The notes below the pieces were generated by a model. It was given only the letters and a program-made list of their open reading frames with translations, ran no database searches and was not told where the DNA came from. A program made the position numbers and the translations under genes. From Candidatus Palauibacter scopulicola (lineage in GTDB: Bacteria; Gemmatimonadota; Gemmatimonadetes; Palauibacterales; Palauibacteraceae): 64,000 bases of DNA. Position 1 is the stretch's first letter, and every line of letters begins with the position of its first letter. Below are positions 8,024-17,853 of the stretch, one piece after another. The stretch is taken from positions 7,769 through 71,768 of the forward strand of contig NZ_CANPWG010000014.1 of assembly GCF_947581915.1 (NCBI RefSeq), written 5' to 3'.

Positions 8024-9336
8024 GGGCGGGGTTCGATCTCTTCCGTCCCGATCCGACCCGTCCCGATCTCATCCGCGCGGAAGTCGAGCCGGTCGAGCGC
8101 GATCGTGCCGTCGCTCATCACGAACAGCACGTCCTGATACTGGCCGATGTCATCGAGCGGGTTGCGGTCGAGGACGAGAAGATCCGCCTCGAACCCCGCC
8201 GCGACCCGGCCCGTCCGGTCCGCGATGCCGAGCAACTCCGCCGCGACCGTGGTCGCGGACCGGATCGCATCGAGTTCGCTCAGCCCGATGCCCACGAACT
8301 CCATCAGTTCGTGGCTCATGCGGAGGACGCTCCCGGACCCGTACCCGGTGTCCGTGGCGGCGACGAGCGGCACCCCGAGTGCATGCGCCGCCGCCGCCGT
8401 CTCCCGGACGCGCGGGAGCATGTGCCGTCCGCGCACCTGGAGCACCGGGTCGTCGTAGTCGCCGCCGGGCACCGTGAGGTCGGACACGACCGCGATCGTC
8501 GGCACCAGGTAGGTGCCCCGCTCCCGCATGAGGCGGAGCGTTTCGTCGCGGAGATACGTCCCATGCTCGATGCTTCGCACGCCGGCCGCGACCGCGGCCC
8601 GGCCGCCGCGGTCTCCGTGCGCGTGCGCGGCGACGGGGACGCCGTCGCGCGAGGCCTCCGCCACCAGCGCCGACAGTTCGGCCTCCGTGAAGAACGGCTT
8701 GCGGGGGTCCGTTTCCGGCAGACCGGCTCGTTCAGTCGCGTTCACCTTGATGAAATCCACGCCGCGATCGAGCATCGCGCGCGCCATCCGCCCCATCGCC
8801 TCGGGGCCTCGCACGTCGCGCCCGAGGAGATCGCCGAGCCCCGGCTCATCGAGGAAGAGTCCCTCGGCCGGCCGGGGCCGCACGTGGTAGCCCGCGGCGA
8901 GGATCTCCGGGCCGGGAAGCCCGCCGCCCAGGAACAGTTCCCGCAGGCCGACGTCGGCGAAGAACCCCGCCCCCATGCTGCGCGCCGTAGTGACGCCGGA
9001 GAGCAGCGCTCGGCGAGCCGCCTCGAGCGTCCCGATGTGGACATGGGCGTCGATCAGGCCGGGAACGAGGAAGCGGCCGCCGAGGTCGATCGTGCGCACC
9101 TCGGCAGGCGCCTCTCCCCCTTCCGCCACGGAAACGATGACCCCCTCCCGCACGACGACCGTCGCGTTCGAGAGGACGCCGCCCGTCGCCGGATCGATCA
9201 CCGAGGCGCCGGTGAAGGCGATCGGCTCGCTCTGGCCGGCCGCCGCCGGGGAAGCCAGGCAGATGAACAGGGCGCCCACGCAGCGGGCGAGTCGGAAGCG
9301 TCGGGACGCGGTGGCCGCTGAAGCGATGACGGACAT
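8020..9336 (-). CDS. secreted metal-dependent amidohydrolase-superfamily protein
   Basis: Signal peptide (ALFICLASPAAAGQ). Amidohydrolase motifs: LVPGLIDAHVHIG (HxH metal site), ...AAHAHGDRG..., ...SIEHGTYL..., ATDTGYG. Confidence 0.75.
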   Translation of the reverse strand: MSVIASAATASRRFRLARCVGALFICLASPAAAGQSEPIAFTGASVIDPATGGVLSNATVVVREGVIVSVAEGGEAPAEVRTIDLGGRFLVPGLIDAHVHIGTLEAARRALLSGVTTARSMGAGFFADVGLRELFLGGGLPGPEILAAGYHVRPRPAEGLFLDEPGLGDLLGRDVRGPEAMGRMARAMLDRGVDFIKVNATERAGLPETDPRKPFFTEAELSALVAEASRDGVPVAAHAHGDRGGRAAVAAGVRSIEHGTYLRDETLRLMRERGTYLVPTIAVVSDLTVPGGDYDDPVLQVRGRHMLPRVRETAAAAHALGVPLVAATDTGYGSGSVLRMSHELMEFVGIGLSELDAIRSATTVAAELLGIADRTGRVAAGFEADLLVLDRNPLDDIGQYQDVLFVMSDGTIALDRLDFRADEIGTGRIGTEEIEPRP

Positions 9337-9434
9337 CGGAACCTCCGGGATCTGGACCGTAAGGCACCAAGATGCCTCCGACCGCGGGCCGGGGACAGGA
9401 GCGCGCCGCCATCGATTCGGCTAGCTTGCCCCCG

Positions 9435-11018
9435 ATGCGGCAAACGACGACACCACTGCCACGCGGGACCGCCGCCGGCCGGGAGCCGCTCCCGTTCCCG
9501 CTGCGCGTCGCCGCCATCGACGTGGGGTCGAACGCGTTTCGCTTCGTCGCGGCCGAGTTCAGCGACCCCGACCATTACGTGGAGCTGGCCTCGGAGCGGG
9601 TTCCCGTCCGGCTGGGACATTCGGCCTTCCTCACCGGCGAACTTTCGTCCTCCGCCATCGACCGGACCGTCGAGGGATTCCGGCGCTTCCGGGCGGAAAT
9701 CGATCGCCTGGGCATCGAGCATGTGCGCGCCGTGGCGACCAGCGCGGTCCGGGAGAGCCGCAACGGCGCCGATCTCGTCCGCCGCGTCGAGGAGGACGCG
9801 GGAATCCGGCTCGATCTGATCTCCGGCACGGATGAGGCGCGGCTCGTGTGGATGTCCGTGAAGCAGCGGTTCGATTTCGGCGACGCCAAGTGGATGCTCG
9901 TGGACCTCGGCGGCGGAAGCGTCGAGGTCTCGCTGGCGGATCGGTCCGGGATCATGTGGAGCGAGTCGCACCGGATGGGATCGGTCCGGCTGCTCGAGGA
10001 GCTCACGGGGTCGGACGATGCGCCCGCGCACTTCGCGAGCCTGCTCGCGGAATACGCCGCCACGCTCCGCATTCCGCACGCGAGCAAGCACTGGACGCCG
10101 GTGCAGCTGATCGCCACCGGCGGCAATATCGAGGAACTCGCGCGCCTCGCGGGCCACAGCGCCGCCGACGGCACCCGCCGCATCGCGCGGGCCGAACTCG
10201 CCATGGCGATCGAGGAGTTCTCCCGCCTCTCCTACAGCCAGCGCATCGGCCGACTCGGCCTGCGCGAGGATCGGGCCGACGTGATTCTCCCCGCCGCGAT
10301 CGTGTACGACCGCGTCGCCGAACTCGCGGGCGCCGAAGAGATTCTCGTCCCCGGCGTCGGCGTGAAGGAGGGCGTGCTGTTCGACCTCGTCGACGAGTTG
10401 ACGAGCGGCGCCGGTTTCGGGCGGCTGGAGCGGATCGTCCACGAAGGAGCGCTCACGCTCGGGCGCCGGTACCTCTTCGACGAGGATCACGGGCGACACG
10501 TCGCGTCGCTGGCCCTCTCCCTGTTCGACCAGCTCACCGAGGTCCACGGCCTCGAACCGCGCGACCGGCGGATCCTGCTGGCGGGGGCGATGCTGCACGA
10601 CATCGGGCAGCACATCTCTTACGCGAGACACCACAAGCACTCGCTCTACCTGATCCTTCACAGCGAGATCCCGGGCATCGCGCCGAACGAGCTCCCGCTC
10701 GTCGCGCTGGTGGCGCGCTACCACCGGCGGGCCGAACCGCGGCGCGGCCACTACCTGTACCGCGACCTGGATCCTCCCGACCGCGAACGGGTGGAGCGGC
10801 TCGCCGCCCTCCTTCGCATCGCGGACTCCCTCGACCGCGAACACCTCCGGCGCGTGAAGAGCGTCGAGGCGCGCGTGCACGAGCACACGCTCGAACTGCG
10901 TCTCGAACGGAGAGGAAGCGTGCTCCTCGAGCAGTGGGCGCTGCGCAAGAAGGGGAAGCTCTTCGCCCGCATCTTCGGCCTCGAACCCTACGTCACCTTC
11001 GACTTGGCCTCCGACTGA
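9435..11018 (+). CDS. ppx: Ppx/GppA-family exopolyphosphatase / guanosine pentaphosphate phosphohydrolase with C-terminal HD domain
   Basis: AAIDVGSNAFRFVAAE ... ISGTDEARLVW ... VDLGGGSVEV (actin-like ATPase fold motifs of Ppx/GppA). C-terminal HD domain (MLHDIGQHISYARHHKHS). Start at MRQTT (9435) within ORF 9372..11018. Confidence 0.8.
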   Translation: MRQTTTPLPRGTAAGREPLPFPLRVAAIDVGSNAFRFVAAEFSDPDHYVELASERVPVRLGHSAFLTGELSSSAIDRTVEGFRRFRAEIDRLGIEHVRAVATSAVRESRNGADLVRRVEEDAGIRLDLISGTDEARLVWMSVKQRFDFGDAKWMLVDLGGGSVEVSLADRSGIMWSESHRMGSVRLLEELTGSDDAPAHFASLLAEYAATLRIPHASKHWTPVQLIATGGNIEELARLAGHSAADGTRRIARAELAMAIEEFSRLSYSQRIGRLGLREDRADVILPAAIVYDRVAELAGAEEILVPGVGVKEGVLFDLVDELTSGAGFGRLERIVHEGALTLGRRYLFDEDHGRHVASLALSLFDQLTEVHGLEPRDRRILLAGAMLHDIGQHISYARHHKHSLYLILHSEIPGIAPNELPLVALVARYHRRAEPRRGHYLYRDLDPPDRERVERLAALLRIADSLDREHLRRVKSVEARVHEHTLELRLERRGSVLLEQWALRKKGKLFARIFGLEPYVTFDLASD

Positions 11019-11189
11019 TTGGACCTGGCCCCGCGACCGACTCGACCGGGCCTCCGACCGATTCGCCCCGGCCTCTGGACCAACGGAGGCGTCCGAAACA
11101 AGCGGGACGGTGGGTGCAGGGCTTATAATTCAGGCCCTGTGTTCGCAAACGGCCCGCGAGGTGGCCGGAAGAAAGTGGCGGAGAGCCGT

Positions 11190-13625
11190 ATGTCATCCGA
11201 GTCGAAAGAGACGTCGAACGAGACATCGCGTCGACCGTGGGTTCACCACGGGAGCCGCCGTCCCGCCGGGATTTCCCCGACGGCGTCGTCCCGCTCCGCC
11301 GCCGTGAACCCCCCGCCGCACGAGGCCCCGACGCCGGGGGCCGCGACACGGGAGGTCGAGACACCCGAGACCCCGCCGCGCGAGGCCGCTGCGCCCGTCG
11401 AGGTCGCGCCGGCCCCGGAGAACGGTGCCGACCCCGGGCCGCGTCCGTCCGCCCCGCGCGTCGGCCACCGCGTGCAGGACGTCCCTGTGCTCCCGCGCGC
11501 CGTGGCGCCGAAGCCCGTGCCCGAAGGCGCGAAGCCGAGCCACCCGTCGCTCTATTTCAACGCGGAACTCAGTTGGCTGGACTTCAACTGGCGCGTGCTC
11601 TACCAGGCCATGGACGAGCGGACGCCGCTGCTGGAGCGGCTCCGCTTCCTCGCGATCACGGAGAACAACCTCGACGAATTCGTGATGAAGCAGGTCGGCG
11701 GCCTCAAGCGCGTGCTGGGGGCGGGCGTGGTGAAGCCATCGCCGGACGGCCTGGGGCCCGCGGAACAGCTGGACCTCGTGCGCGAGGGCGTCCGCACCAT
11801 GCGGACCCGGCTGGCCGAGGTGTGGGAGGGCGACCTCCGGCCGCGCCTCGCGGCGGAACTCGACATCGCCGTGCGCGACTTCGAGGACCTGAACGACCAG
11901 GAACGCGAGCATGTGCGCCGCGTGTTCGCGGATCGGATCTATCCGGTCCTCACGCCGCTGGCCGTGGACCCGGGGCACCCGTTCCCCTTCCTGTCCAACA
12001 TGAGCCTCTCGCTCGCCCTCATGCTCGAGCACCCGGAACGCCGGACCCGCCACTTCGCCCGGGTGAAGATCCCCACGGCGCTGCGCTGGGTCGAACTCCC
12101 GGAGAGCGGGCACGTAGTCCCCGTCGAGCAGGTCGTGCGGCACTTCGCGGGCGAGCTCTTCCGGGGGATGACGATCGAGAGCGCTTCGCTCTTCCGCGTC
12201 ACCCGGAACGCGGACGTGGCCCGGGACGAAGAGGTGGCGGACGACCTCCTGCAGATGATCTCCGAGGAGATCCGCGAGCGGCGCTTCGCGCGCGTGGTTC
12301 GCCTGGAGGTGGAGCCGGGCATGCCCGACGACGTGCGGCAATTCCTGGTTCGCCAGCTCGAGCTGGATGAGGAAGACCTGTACGAGATTCCGGGCCTGCT
12401 CGAGATGTCGGGTTTCTGGCAGATCGCGGCCGAGGGCCCCTGGGAGCACCGGCACGAACCCTGGGAGCCGATGATCCCTCCCCGCCTGATCCGCGAAGGC
12501 GAGACGGAGGACCGTCCCGACATCTTCACGGTGATTCGGGCGGGCGACCTCATGGTGCACCACCCGTACGAGTCCTTCACCGCGACGGTGCAGCGGTTCA
12601 TCGAGGAGGCCGCCGCGGACCCCGCGGTCGTGGCCATCAAGCAGACGCTCTACCGGACGGCGGAGCACTCGCGGATCATCGCCGCGCTGGTGCGGGCGGC
12701 CGAGGCGGGCAAGGCGGTCGCCGTGCTCGTGGAGGTCACGGCCCGCTTCGACGAGGCCGACAACATGGAGTGGGCGTCCGTGCTGGAGGAGGCCGGCGTC
12801 AACGTCACGTACGGGCTCGTCGGGCTGAAGACGCACGCGAAGGTTGCCCTCGTGGTCCGCGAGGAAGGGGACGAGATCCGCACCTACTGCCACATCGGCA
12901 CCGGCAACTACAACTCCGAGACCGCGCAGATCTACGCGGACCTCGGGATCCTCACGGCGCGCCCGGAAATCGGCCGCGACGCGGTGAACCTGTTCCATTA
13001 CCTGACCGGATACGCCCCCGACCAGCAGTACGAGGAACTCATCGTGGCTCCCCGCGACCTGCGACGGGCCATCACCGCCCGGATCGAGCGCGAGATCTCG
13101 CACGTCGAGGCCGGCCGGAAGGGCCGCATGATCATGAAGATGAACGGTCTCGACGACCCGAAGATGATCCGCGCCCTCTACGCCGCGTCCGCCGCCGGCG
13201 TGAAGATCGACCTCATCATCCGGGGCCAGTGCCGGCTCCGCCCCGGGATCCCCGGCTTCAGCGAGAACATCCGGGTGCGCAGCATCGTCGGACGGTTCCT
13301 GGAGCACGACCGGATCTTCTGGTGGGAGAACGACGGGAGCCCCGAGGTGTGGATCGGGAGCGCGGACTGGCGCCGCCGAAACCTCGACAACCGCGTCGAG
13401 GTGCTGCTGCCCGTCCGCGACAAGCGGATCCGGAAGCGCCTGCGCAAGACCCTGCGCTTCGCCCTCCGCGACAATCAGCGCGCCTGGGAACTGCGGCCGA
13501 CGGGAGAGTACGTGCTGTGCGAGCCCGCGCCGGACGCGCGTCCCATCGACTACCAGAGCCGGATGCTGAAAGCGGTCCGGAAGCGCCGCCGCAAGGTGGA
13601 CGATCACTGGAGCGCCTCGCACTGA
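11190..13625 (+). CDS. ppk: polyphosphate kinase 1, with a ~120-aa Pro/Ala-rich N-terminal extension
   Basis: LYFNAELSWLDFNWRVL...RLRFLAITENNLDEFVMKQ (PPK1 N-domain). Two PLD-like HKD motifs (HAKVALV..., ...HDRIFWW). Start ATG 11190 is preceded by GGAG; an alternative internal GTG start is possible. Confidence 0.85.
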   Translation: MSSESKETSNETSRRPWVHHGSRRPAGISPTASSRSAAVNPPPHEAPTPGAATREVETPETPPREAAAPVEVAPAPENGADPGPRPSAPRVGHRVQDVPVLPRAVAPKPVPEGAKPSHPSLYFNAELSWLDFNWRVLYQAMDERTPLLERLRFLAITENNLDEFVMKQVGGLKRVLGAGVVKPSPDGLGPAEQLDLVREGVRTMRTRLAEVWEGDLRPRLAAELDIAVRDFEDLNDQEREHVRRVFADRIYPVLTPLAVDPGHPFPFLSNMSLSLALMLEHPERRTRHFARVKIPTALRWVELPESGHVVPVEQVVRHFAGELFRGMTIESASLFRVTRNADVARDEEVADDLLQMISEEIRERRFARVVRLEVEPGMPDDVRQFLVRQLELDEEDLYEIPGLLEMSGFWQIAAEGPWEHRHEPWEPMIPPRLIREGETEDRPDIFTVIRAGDLMVHHPYESFTATVQRFIEEAAADPAVVAIKQTLYRTAEHSRIIAALVRAAEAGKAVAVLVEVTARFDEADNMEWASVLEEAGVNVTYGLVGLKTHAKVALVVREEGDEIRTYCHIGTGNYNSETAQIYADLGILTARPEIGRDAVNLFHYLTGYAPDQQYEELIVAPRDLRRAITARIEREISHVEAGRKGRMIMKMNGLDDPKMIRALYAASAAGVKIDLIIRGQCRLRPGIPGFSENIRVRSIVGRFLEHDRIFWWENDGSPEVWIGSADWRRRNLDNRVEVLLPVRDKRIRKRLRKTLRFALRDNQRAWELRPTGEYVLCEPAPDARPIDYQSRMLKAVRKRRRKVDDHWSASH

Positions 13626-13647
13626 CGCGGGGCCCCCGTAGGCTGCC

Positions 13648-13700
13648 GGGCCGGGTCCAGGCCGGGTCCAGGGCCGGGTCCAGGCTGGGTCTAGGCTGGG
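13648..13700. repeat. about 5 tandem copies of an 11-12-bp unit (CCGGGTCCAGG / CTGGGTCTAGG) in the ppk1-phoU convergent intergenic region, overlapping the phoU stop codon
   Basis: Read directly: ccgggtccagg ccgggtccagg gccgggtccagg ctgggtctagg ctgggtccgg. Confidence 0.8.
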
Positions 13701-14359
13701 TCCGGTGAGCCCTCCTGGTGCCGGATCGTGATTCCCTGGACCATGTAGACGACGTCCTCGCCGATGTTCGTCGCGAGGTCGCCGATCCGTTCGAGATTGC
13801 GGCCGATGAGGATGACCTGCAGGCACGCCGACAGGTTGTAGTCCGGCATATGGGTGATCATCACACGGCTCAGTGAATCCTGGAGCTGGTCCAGCCGGTC
13901 GTCCCGCGCGATCACGGAGCGTGCGTCGTCCGCGTTCCGGTGGACGAAGGCATCGAGCGCATCCCGCAGCATCGCCCGGGCCATGCGGCTCATCTCATCC
14001 AGTTCGGGCGGAACCGGAACCTTCTTCTCCGCCTTCGCCAGCCGTTCGGCCGCCTCGGCGATGTTGACCGCGTGGTCGCCGATCCGCTCGAGGTCGTTGT
14101 TGATCTTGAGGACCGTGACGAGCACGCGCAGGTCGCTCGCCACCGGGTGATGGAGCGCGAGGATCTCCACCGTGGATTCCTCGACCTCCACTTCGGCCCG
14201 GTCGATGGCGTCGTCCGCCGCCCGGATCGGTTCCGCATCCACCGCGGGCTGGCCCACGAGCGCCATCGCGCGACGCACCAACTCCTCGATGTCGTGCGCC
14301 ATCCGGTGCAGGGTCCGCGTGACGTCGTCCAGCCGGTCGTCGAACTGCCTGAGGGCCAT
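13691..14359 (-). CDS. phoU: phosphate signalling complex protein PhoU
   Basis: Two PhoU repeats with NDLERIGDHAVNIAE and RNLERIGDLATNIGE motifs. Start set at MALRQFDD (14357-14359), which avoids overlap with pstB. Confidence 0.85.
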   Translation of the reverse strand: MALRQFDDRLDDVTRTLHRMAHDIEELVRRAMALVGQPAVDAEPIRAADDAIDRAEVEVEESTVEILALHHPVASDLRVLVTVLKINNDLERIGDHAVNIAEAAERLAKAEKKVPVPPELDEMSRMARAMLRDALDAFVHRNADDARSVIARDDRLDQLQDSLSRVMITHMPDYNLSACLQVILIGRNLERIGDLATNIGEDVVYMVQGITIRHQEGSPDPA

Positions 14360-14372
14360 CCGCCGCGACCCG

Positions 14373-15134
14373 CTAGCCCAGCCGGCCGGTGATGTAGGCC
14401 TCGGTCCGCTCGTCCTCGGGGTTGGTGAACAAGCGCTGGGTCTCCTTGTATTCGAGCAGTTCGCCCATGTAGAGGAAGGCCGTGTCGTCACTGATGCGAG
14501 CGGCCTGCTGCATGTTATGCGTCACGACCACGATCGTGTAGTCACCGCGCAGGTCTCCGATGAGGTCCTCGATGCGGCCGGTCGCGATCGGGTCGAGCGC
14601 GCTCGCGGGTTCGTCCATGAGGAGGACTTCCGGTTCCACCGCCAGCGCCCGCGCGATGCAGAGGCGCTGCTGCTGGCCGGCCGACAGCCCGAGGGCGTCC
14701 GCATCGAGCCGGTGGCTTACCTCGTCCCACAGCGAGGCCGCTCGCAGCGACGCTTCCACGCGGTCGCCGATGTCGTCCTGGAAGCCGTTGATCCGCAGGC
14801 CGAAGGCGATGTTCTCGAAGATCGACTTCGGAAAGGGATTCGGCTTCTGGAACACCATCCCGATCGAGCGCCGTACATCCGCCGGGTCGACCTCGGCCCC
14901 GTACAGGTCCCGCCCCCGGAACAGCACCTGCCCGGTGATGCGGGCGGCCGGCACGAAGTCGTTCAGTCGATTGAAGCAGCGCAGGAGCGTGCTCTTGCCG
15001 CAACCCGACGGCCCGATGAAGGCCACCACCCGGTTTTCCGGTATCCGGAGCGAGACGTCGTCGATCACGCGCGTCTCACCGTAGCGGACACTGAGTCCGA
15101 CGGTCTCCAGGACCGTATTCGACGACACCGTCAC
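14373..15134 (-). CDS. pstB: phosphate ABC transporter ATP-binding protein PstB
   Basis: Walker [13 protein letters not shown] signature [15 protein letters not shown], Walker B LLMDEP. 253 aa, typical of PstB. Confidence 0.9.
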   Translation of the reverse strand: MTVSSNTVLETVGLSVRYGETRVIDDVSLRIPENRVVAFIGPSGCGKSTLLRCFNRLNDFVPAARITGQVLFRGRDLYGAEVDPADVRRSIGMVFQKPNPFPKSIFENIAFGLRINGFQDDIGDRVEASLRAASLWDEVSHRLDADALGLSAGQQQRLCIARALAVEPEVLLMDEPASALDPIATGRIEDLIGDLRGDYTIVVVTHNMQQAARISDDTAFLYMGELLEYKETQRLFTNPEDERTEAYITGRLG

Positions 15135-16015
15135 CTCTCGTATCGGTTACGAATCAGAATCGCGGCGGCATTCATCAGCAGAAGCACGCCCAGCAGTACC
15201 ACTATCGCTCCCGCCGCCAGCGCATGGAACTCCTCCCGCGGGTCGGCCGTCCAGTTGAAGATCTGGATCGGCAGGACCGTGAAGGGGTCCATGACCGAGA
15301 CCGGATCGAAGGCGATGAACGTCAGCGCCCCGATGATCAGGAGCGGCGCCGTCTCCCCTCCCGCGCGCGAGAGCGCGAGAATCGTCCCCGAGAGGATCCC
15401 GGGCAGGGCCGCCGGAAGCACATGATGCCGGATGGCCTGCCAGCGCGTGGCGCCGAGCGCGTACGCGGCTTCCCGCAGAGAGTCGGGGACCGCGCGGATC
15501 GCCTCGCGCGCCGCGACAATCACGAGCGGGAGTACGAGGAGCGACAGCGTCGCCGCACCCGCGAGCAGGCTCCGTTCCAGCGACAGGAACCGGACGAACA
15601 CGGCGAGACCCAGAAGGCCGTAGACGATGGACGGCACTCCGGCCAGATTCGCGATGTTCGTCTGCAGCAGGTTCGTGAGTCGGTTCCTCGGTGCGTATTC
15701 CTCGAGGTACACCGCGGCGCCCACTCCCAGCGGGAAGGACATCGCGGCCACCAGCGTCAGCAGCCAAAGGCTGCCGAGGATGGCGGAGCGAATCCCGGCC
15801 CGGTCGGGGAAGCGCGACGGAAAAGTCACCAGAAAGTCGGGTGATAGCGTCGGCAGCCCGGTCGCCAGGATATGGACGAGCAGGACGAGGAGCGACGCGA
15901 CCGCGAACGCGACCGCGAACCGGCAAAGCCACTTGAACCGGACGCCCGCGCGACGGCGGGCCGCGACCCGCGGTTCGAAGCGGCCGCTGCGAGGCGGAGC
16001 GGCCCCGGGATTCAC
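15131..16015 (-). CDS. pstA: phosphate ABC transporter permease PstA
   Basis: 6-TM permease with the EAA-like loop ([21 protein letters not shown]). Position between pstC and pstB. 4-nt overlaps on both sides. Confidence 0.85.
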   Translation of the reverse strand: MNPGAAPPRSGRFEPRVAARRRAGVRFKWLCRFAVAFAVASLLVLLVHILATGLPTLSPDFLVTFPSRFPDRAGIRSAILGSLWLLTLVAAMSFPLGVGAAVYLEEYAPRNRLTNLLQTNIANLAGVPSIVYGLLGLAVFVRFLSLERSLLAGAATLSLLVLPLVIVAAREAIRAVPDSLREAAYALGATRWQAIRHHVLPAALPGILSGTILALSRAGGETAPLLIIGALTFIAFDPVSVMDPFTVLPIQIFNWTADPREEFHALAAGAIVVLLGVLLLMNAAAILIRNRYER

Positions 16016-16899
16016 GGGTGGATCTCCCGAAAACGGCCGATCAGGCGCTGACTCAGGAGGTTCAGGGCCAGCGTGATGAGGAAGAGGAACAGGCCGACCG
16101 CGAACAGGGTCCGGTACTCGACCGTCCCGGATGGGGCATCGCCCAGACTCGCCTGCACGATGTACGCCGTCATCGTCTGAACGCTCTCGAGGAGGTCGAG
16201 CGTCATCCTCGGCGTGGCGCCCGCGGCCAGCGTCACGACCATAGTTTCCGCGATGGCGCGCGAGACCGCCAGAATGAAACTGGCGGCGATTCCCGGCAGG
16301 CCCGCCGGCACCACGATCCGGGTCGAGACCTCGAACCGCGTGGCTCCGAGACTGTACGCGGCCTCGCGCAGGGAGCGGGGGACCGCGCTCAGCGCATCCT
16401 CGGACAGGGACGACACCATCGGAAGGATCATGATGCCCACGACGAGGGCCGCGCTTGCGGCATTGAAGACTCCGGCGGCGGGGAAGACCGCGCGGAGAAT
16501 CGGAGTCACGAAGGCAACGGCGAAATAGCCGTAGACCACGGTCGGGATGCCCGCCAGAATCTCGAGCGCGGGTTTGACGATCCGCTTCGTCCGCCTCGAC
16601 GCGTACTCACTGAGATAGACCGCCGTCGCCAGACCGGCCGGGAGCGCAACGAGCAGCGCCCCCGCGGCGATGAGGAGGGTCCCGTTCAGGAGCGGGAGGA
16701 TGCCGAAAGACCGCGGCGCCAGATCCGGAGACCAGCGCGCGCCCGCGAGAAACTCGAGGGGCGACACGTCCGAGAAGAACCCCAGCGACTGCGTGGCGAG
16801 TACGACGACGATGCCGACGGTCGTGAGGACGGAGAGCGCCCCGCAGCCAAGAAAGAGCGCTCCCATCACGCGCTCGACGACTCTCGACCGAAGGCTCAT
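16012..16899 (-). CDS. pstC: phosphate ABC transporter permease PstC
   Basis: Permease with [14 protein letters not shown] motif. Order pstS-pstC-pstA-pstB. Confidence 0.85.
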   Translation of the reverse strand: MSLRSRVVERVMGALFLGCGALSVLTTVGIVVVLATQSLGFFSDVSPLEFLAGARWSPDLAPRSFGILPLLNGTLLIAAGALLVALPAGLATAVYLSEYASRRTKRIVKPALEILAGIPTVVYGYFAVAFVTPILRAVFPAAGVFNAASAALVVGIMILPMVSSLSEDALSAVPRSLREAAYSLGATRFEVSTRIVVPAGLPGIAASFILAVSRAIAETMVVTLAAGATPRMTLDLLESVQTMTAYIVQASLGDAPSGTVEYRTLFAVGLFLFLITLALNLLSQRLIGRFREIHP

Positions 16900-16908
16900 C
16901 CGGGCCTG

Positions 16909-17853
16909 CTAGCCGATGCGGGCTCGAAGTGTGGCATACGCTTCCGGTTCGAGCGGCATGTATCCCGCTTCGGGGATCAGGGTCGCCGCGTGGTCGATGT
17001 AGAAGCTGACGAAGGCGTTCACTTCGGGCCGTACGAGCGCATCGCGGCGAACGTAGATGTACATCGGACGAGCCAGCGGTGTGTACGTACCGTCGAGGAT
17101 CGTTTCACGGGTCGGCGCGACGCAACCTCCGCCCGCGTCGACTTCCAGGGCGCGGAGGTGTCCCCGGTTGTCCTCGAAGTAGGCGTAGCCGAAATAGCCC
17201 AGCGCACCCGGATCGCCGCTCACTCCCGCCACCAGCACGTTATCGTCCGTGCTCGCCGCGTAGTCGTGCCGGCTGGCTCCCTCCTCGCCCACCACGGCCG
17301 CCGTGAAGTAGTCGAACGTGCCCGAGTCGGTATCGGGTCCGTAAAGTCTGAGGTCTTCATCCGGCCAGGCCGGGCGGACCTGGCGCCAATTCACGATATC
17401 CGACCCCGGCGTCCATAATCGCCGGAGTTCGGTCACGCTGACGCAGTCGACCCAGTCGTTGGAGGGGTGCACCACGACCGTGAGCCCATCCCATGCGACC
17501 TGCAGTTCGACCGGCTCGATGCCGTGTGCCGCGCAGGACGCGGCCTCCGCATCGTTGATGCGCCGCGATGCGTTGGCGATCTCCGTTTCGCCGTTGCAGA
17601 ACCTCTGAAATCCGCCGCCGGTTCCGGATACTCCCACCGATACGCGCACCGCGCGCCGGTAGGCGATCTGAAACTCCTCCGCCATCGCCTGACTGATCGG
17701 AAAGACCGTGCTCGAGCCATCGATCTCGATCAGGCCCGACAGGCTTCGGTCCGAGTCGGCGCCGCAACCCGCAAGAGAAACGGCCGCCAGCGCGGCCCAT
17801 GCCGTTCCGTGGACCCATGCCGTTCCGGGGTGCAGCGGCCGGTCACGCCGGGA
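16909..17853 (-). CDS. pstS: phosphate-binding lipoprotein PstS
   Basis: Lipobox AAVSLAGC then IEIDGSSTVFPISQAMAEEFQ (PBP type 2 phosphate-binding signature). Start set at MSRRDR (17851-17853) inside the longer ORF. Confidence 0.85.
   Translation of the reverse strand, partial: SRRDRPLHPGTAWVHGTAWAALAAVSLAGCGADSDRSLSGLIEIDGSSTVFPISQAMAEEFQIAYRRAVRVSVGVSGTGGGFQRFCNGETEIANASRRINDAEAASCAAHGIEPVELQVAWDGLTVVVHPSNDWVDCVSVTELRRLWTPGSDIVNWRQVRPAWPDEDLRLYGPDTDSGTFDYFTAAVVGEEGASRHDYAASTDDNVLVAGVSGDPGALGYFGYAYFEDNRGHLRALEVDAGGGCVAPTRETILDGTYTPLARPMYIYVRRDALVRPEVNAFVSFYIDHAATLIPEAGYMPLEPEAYATLRARIG

Noticed and set aside
11193-13826. 877-aa minus-strand ORF
   Set aside because: Antisense to polyphosphate kinase 1, which has unmistakable PPK1 motifs. 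Arg/Gly/His-rich nonsense translation.
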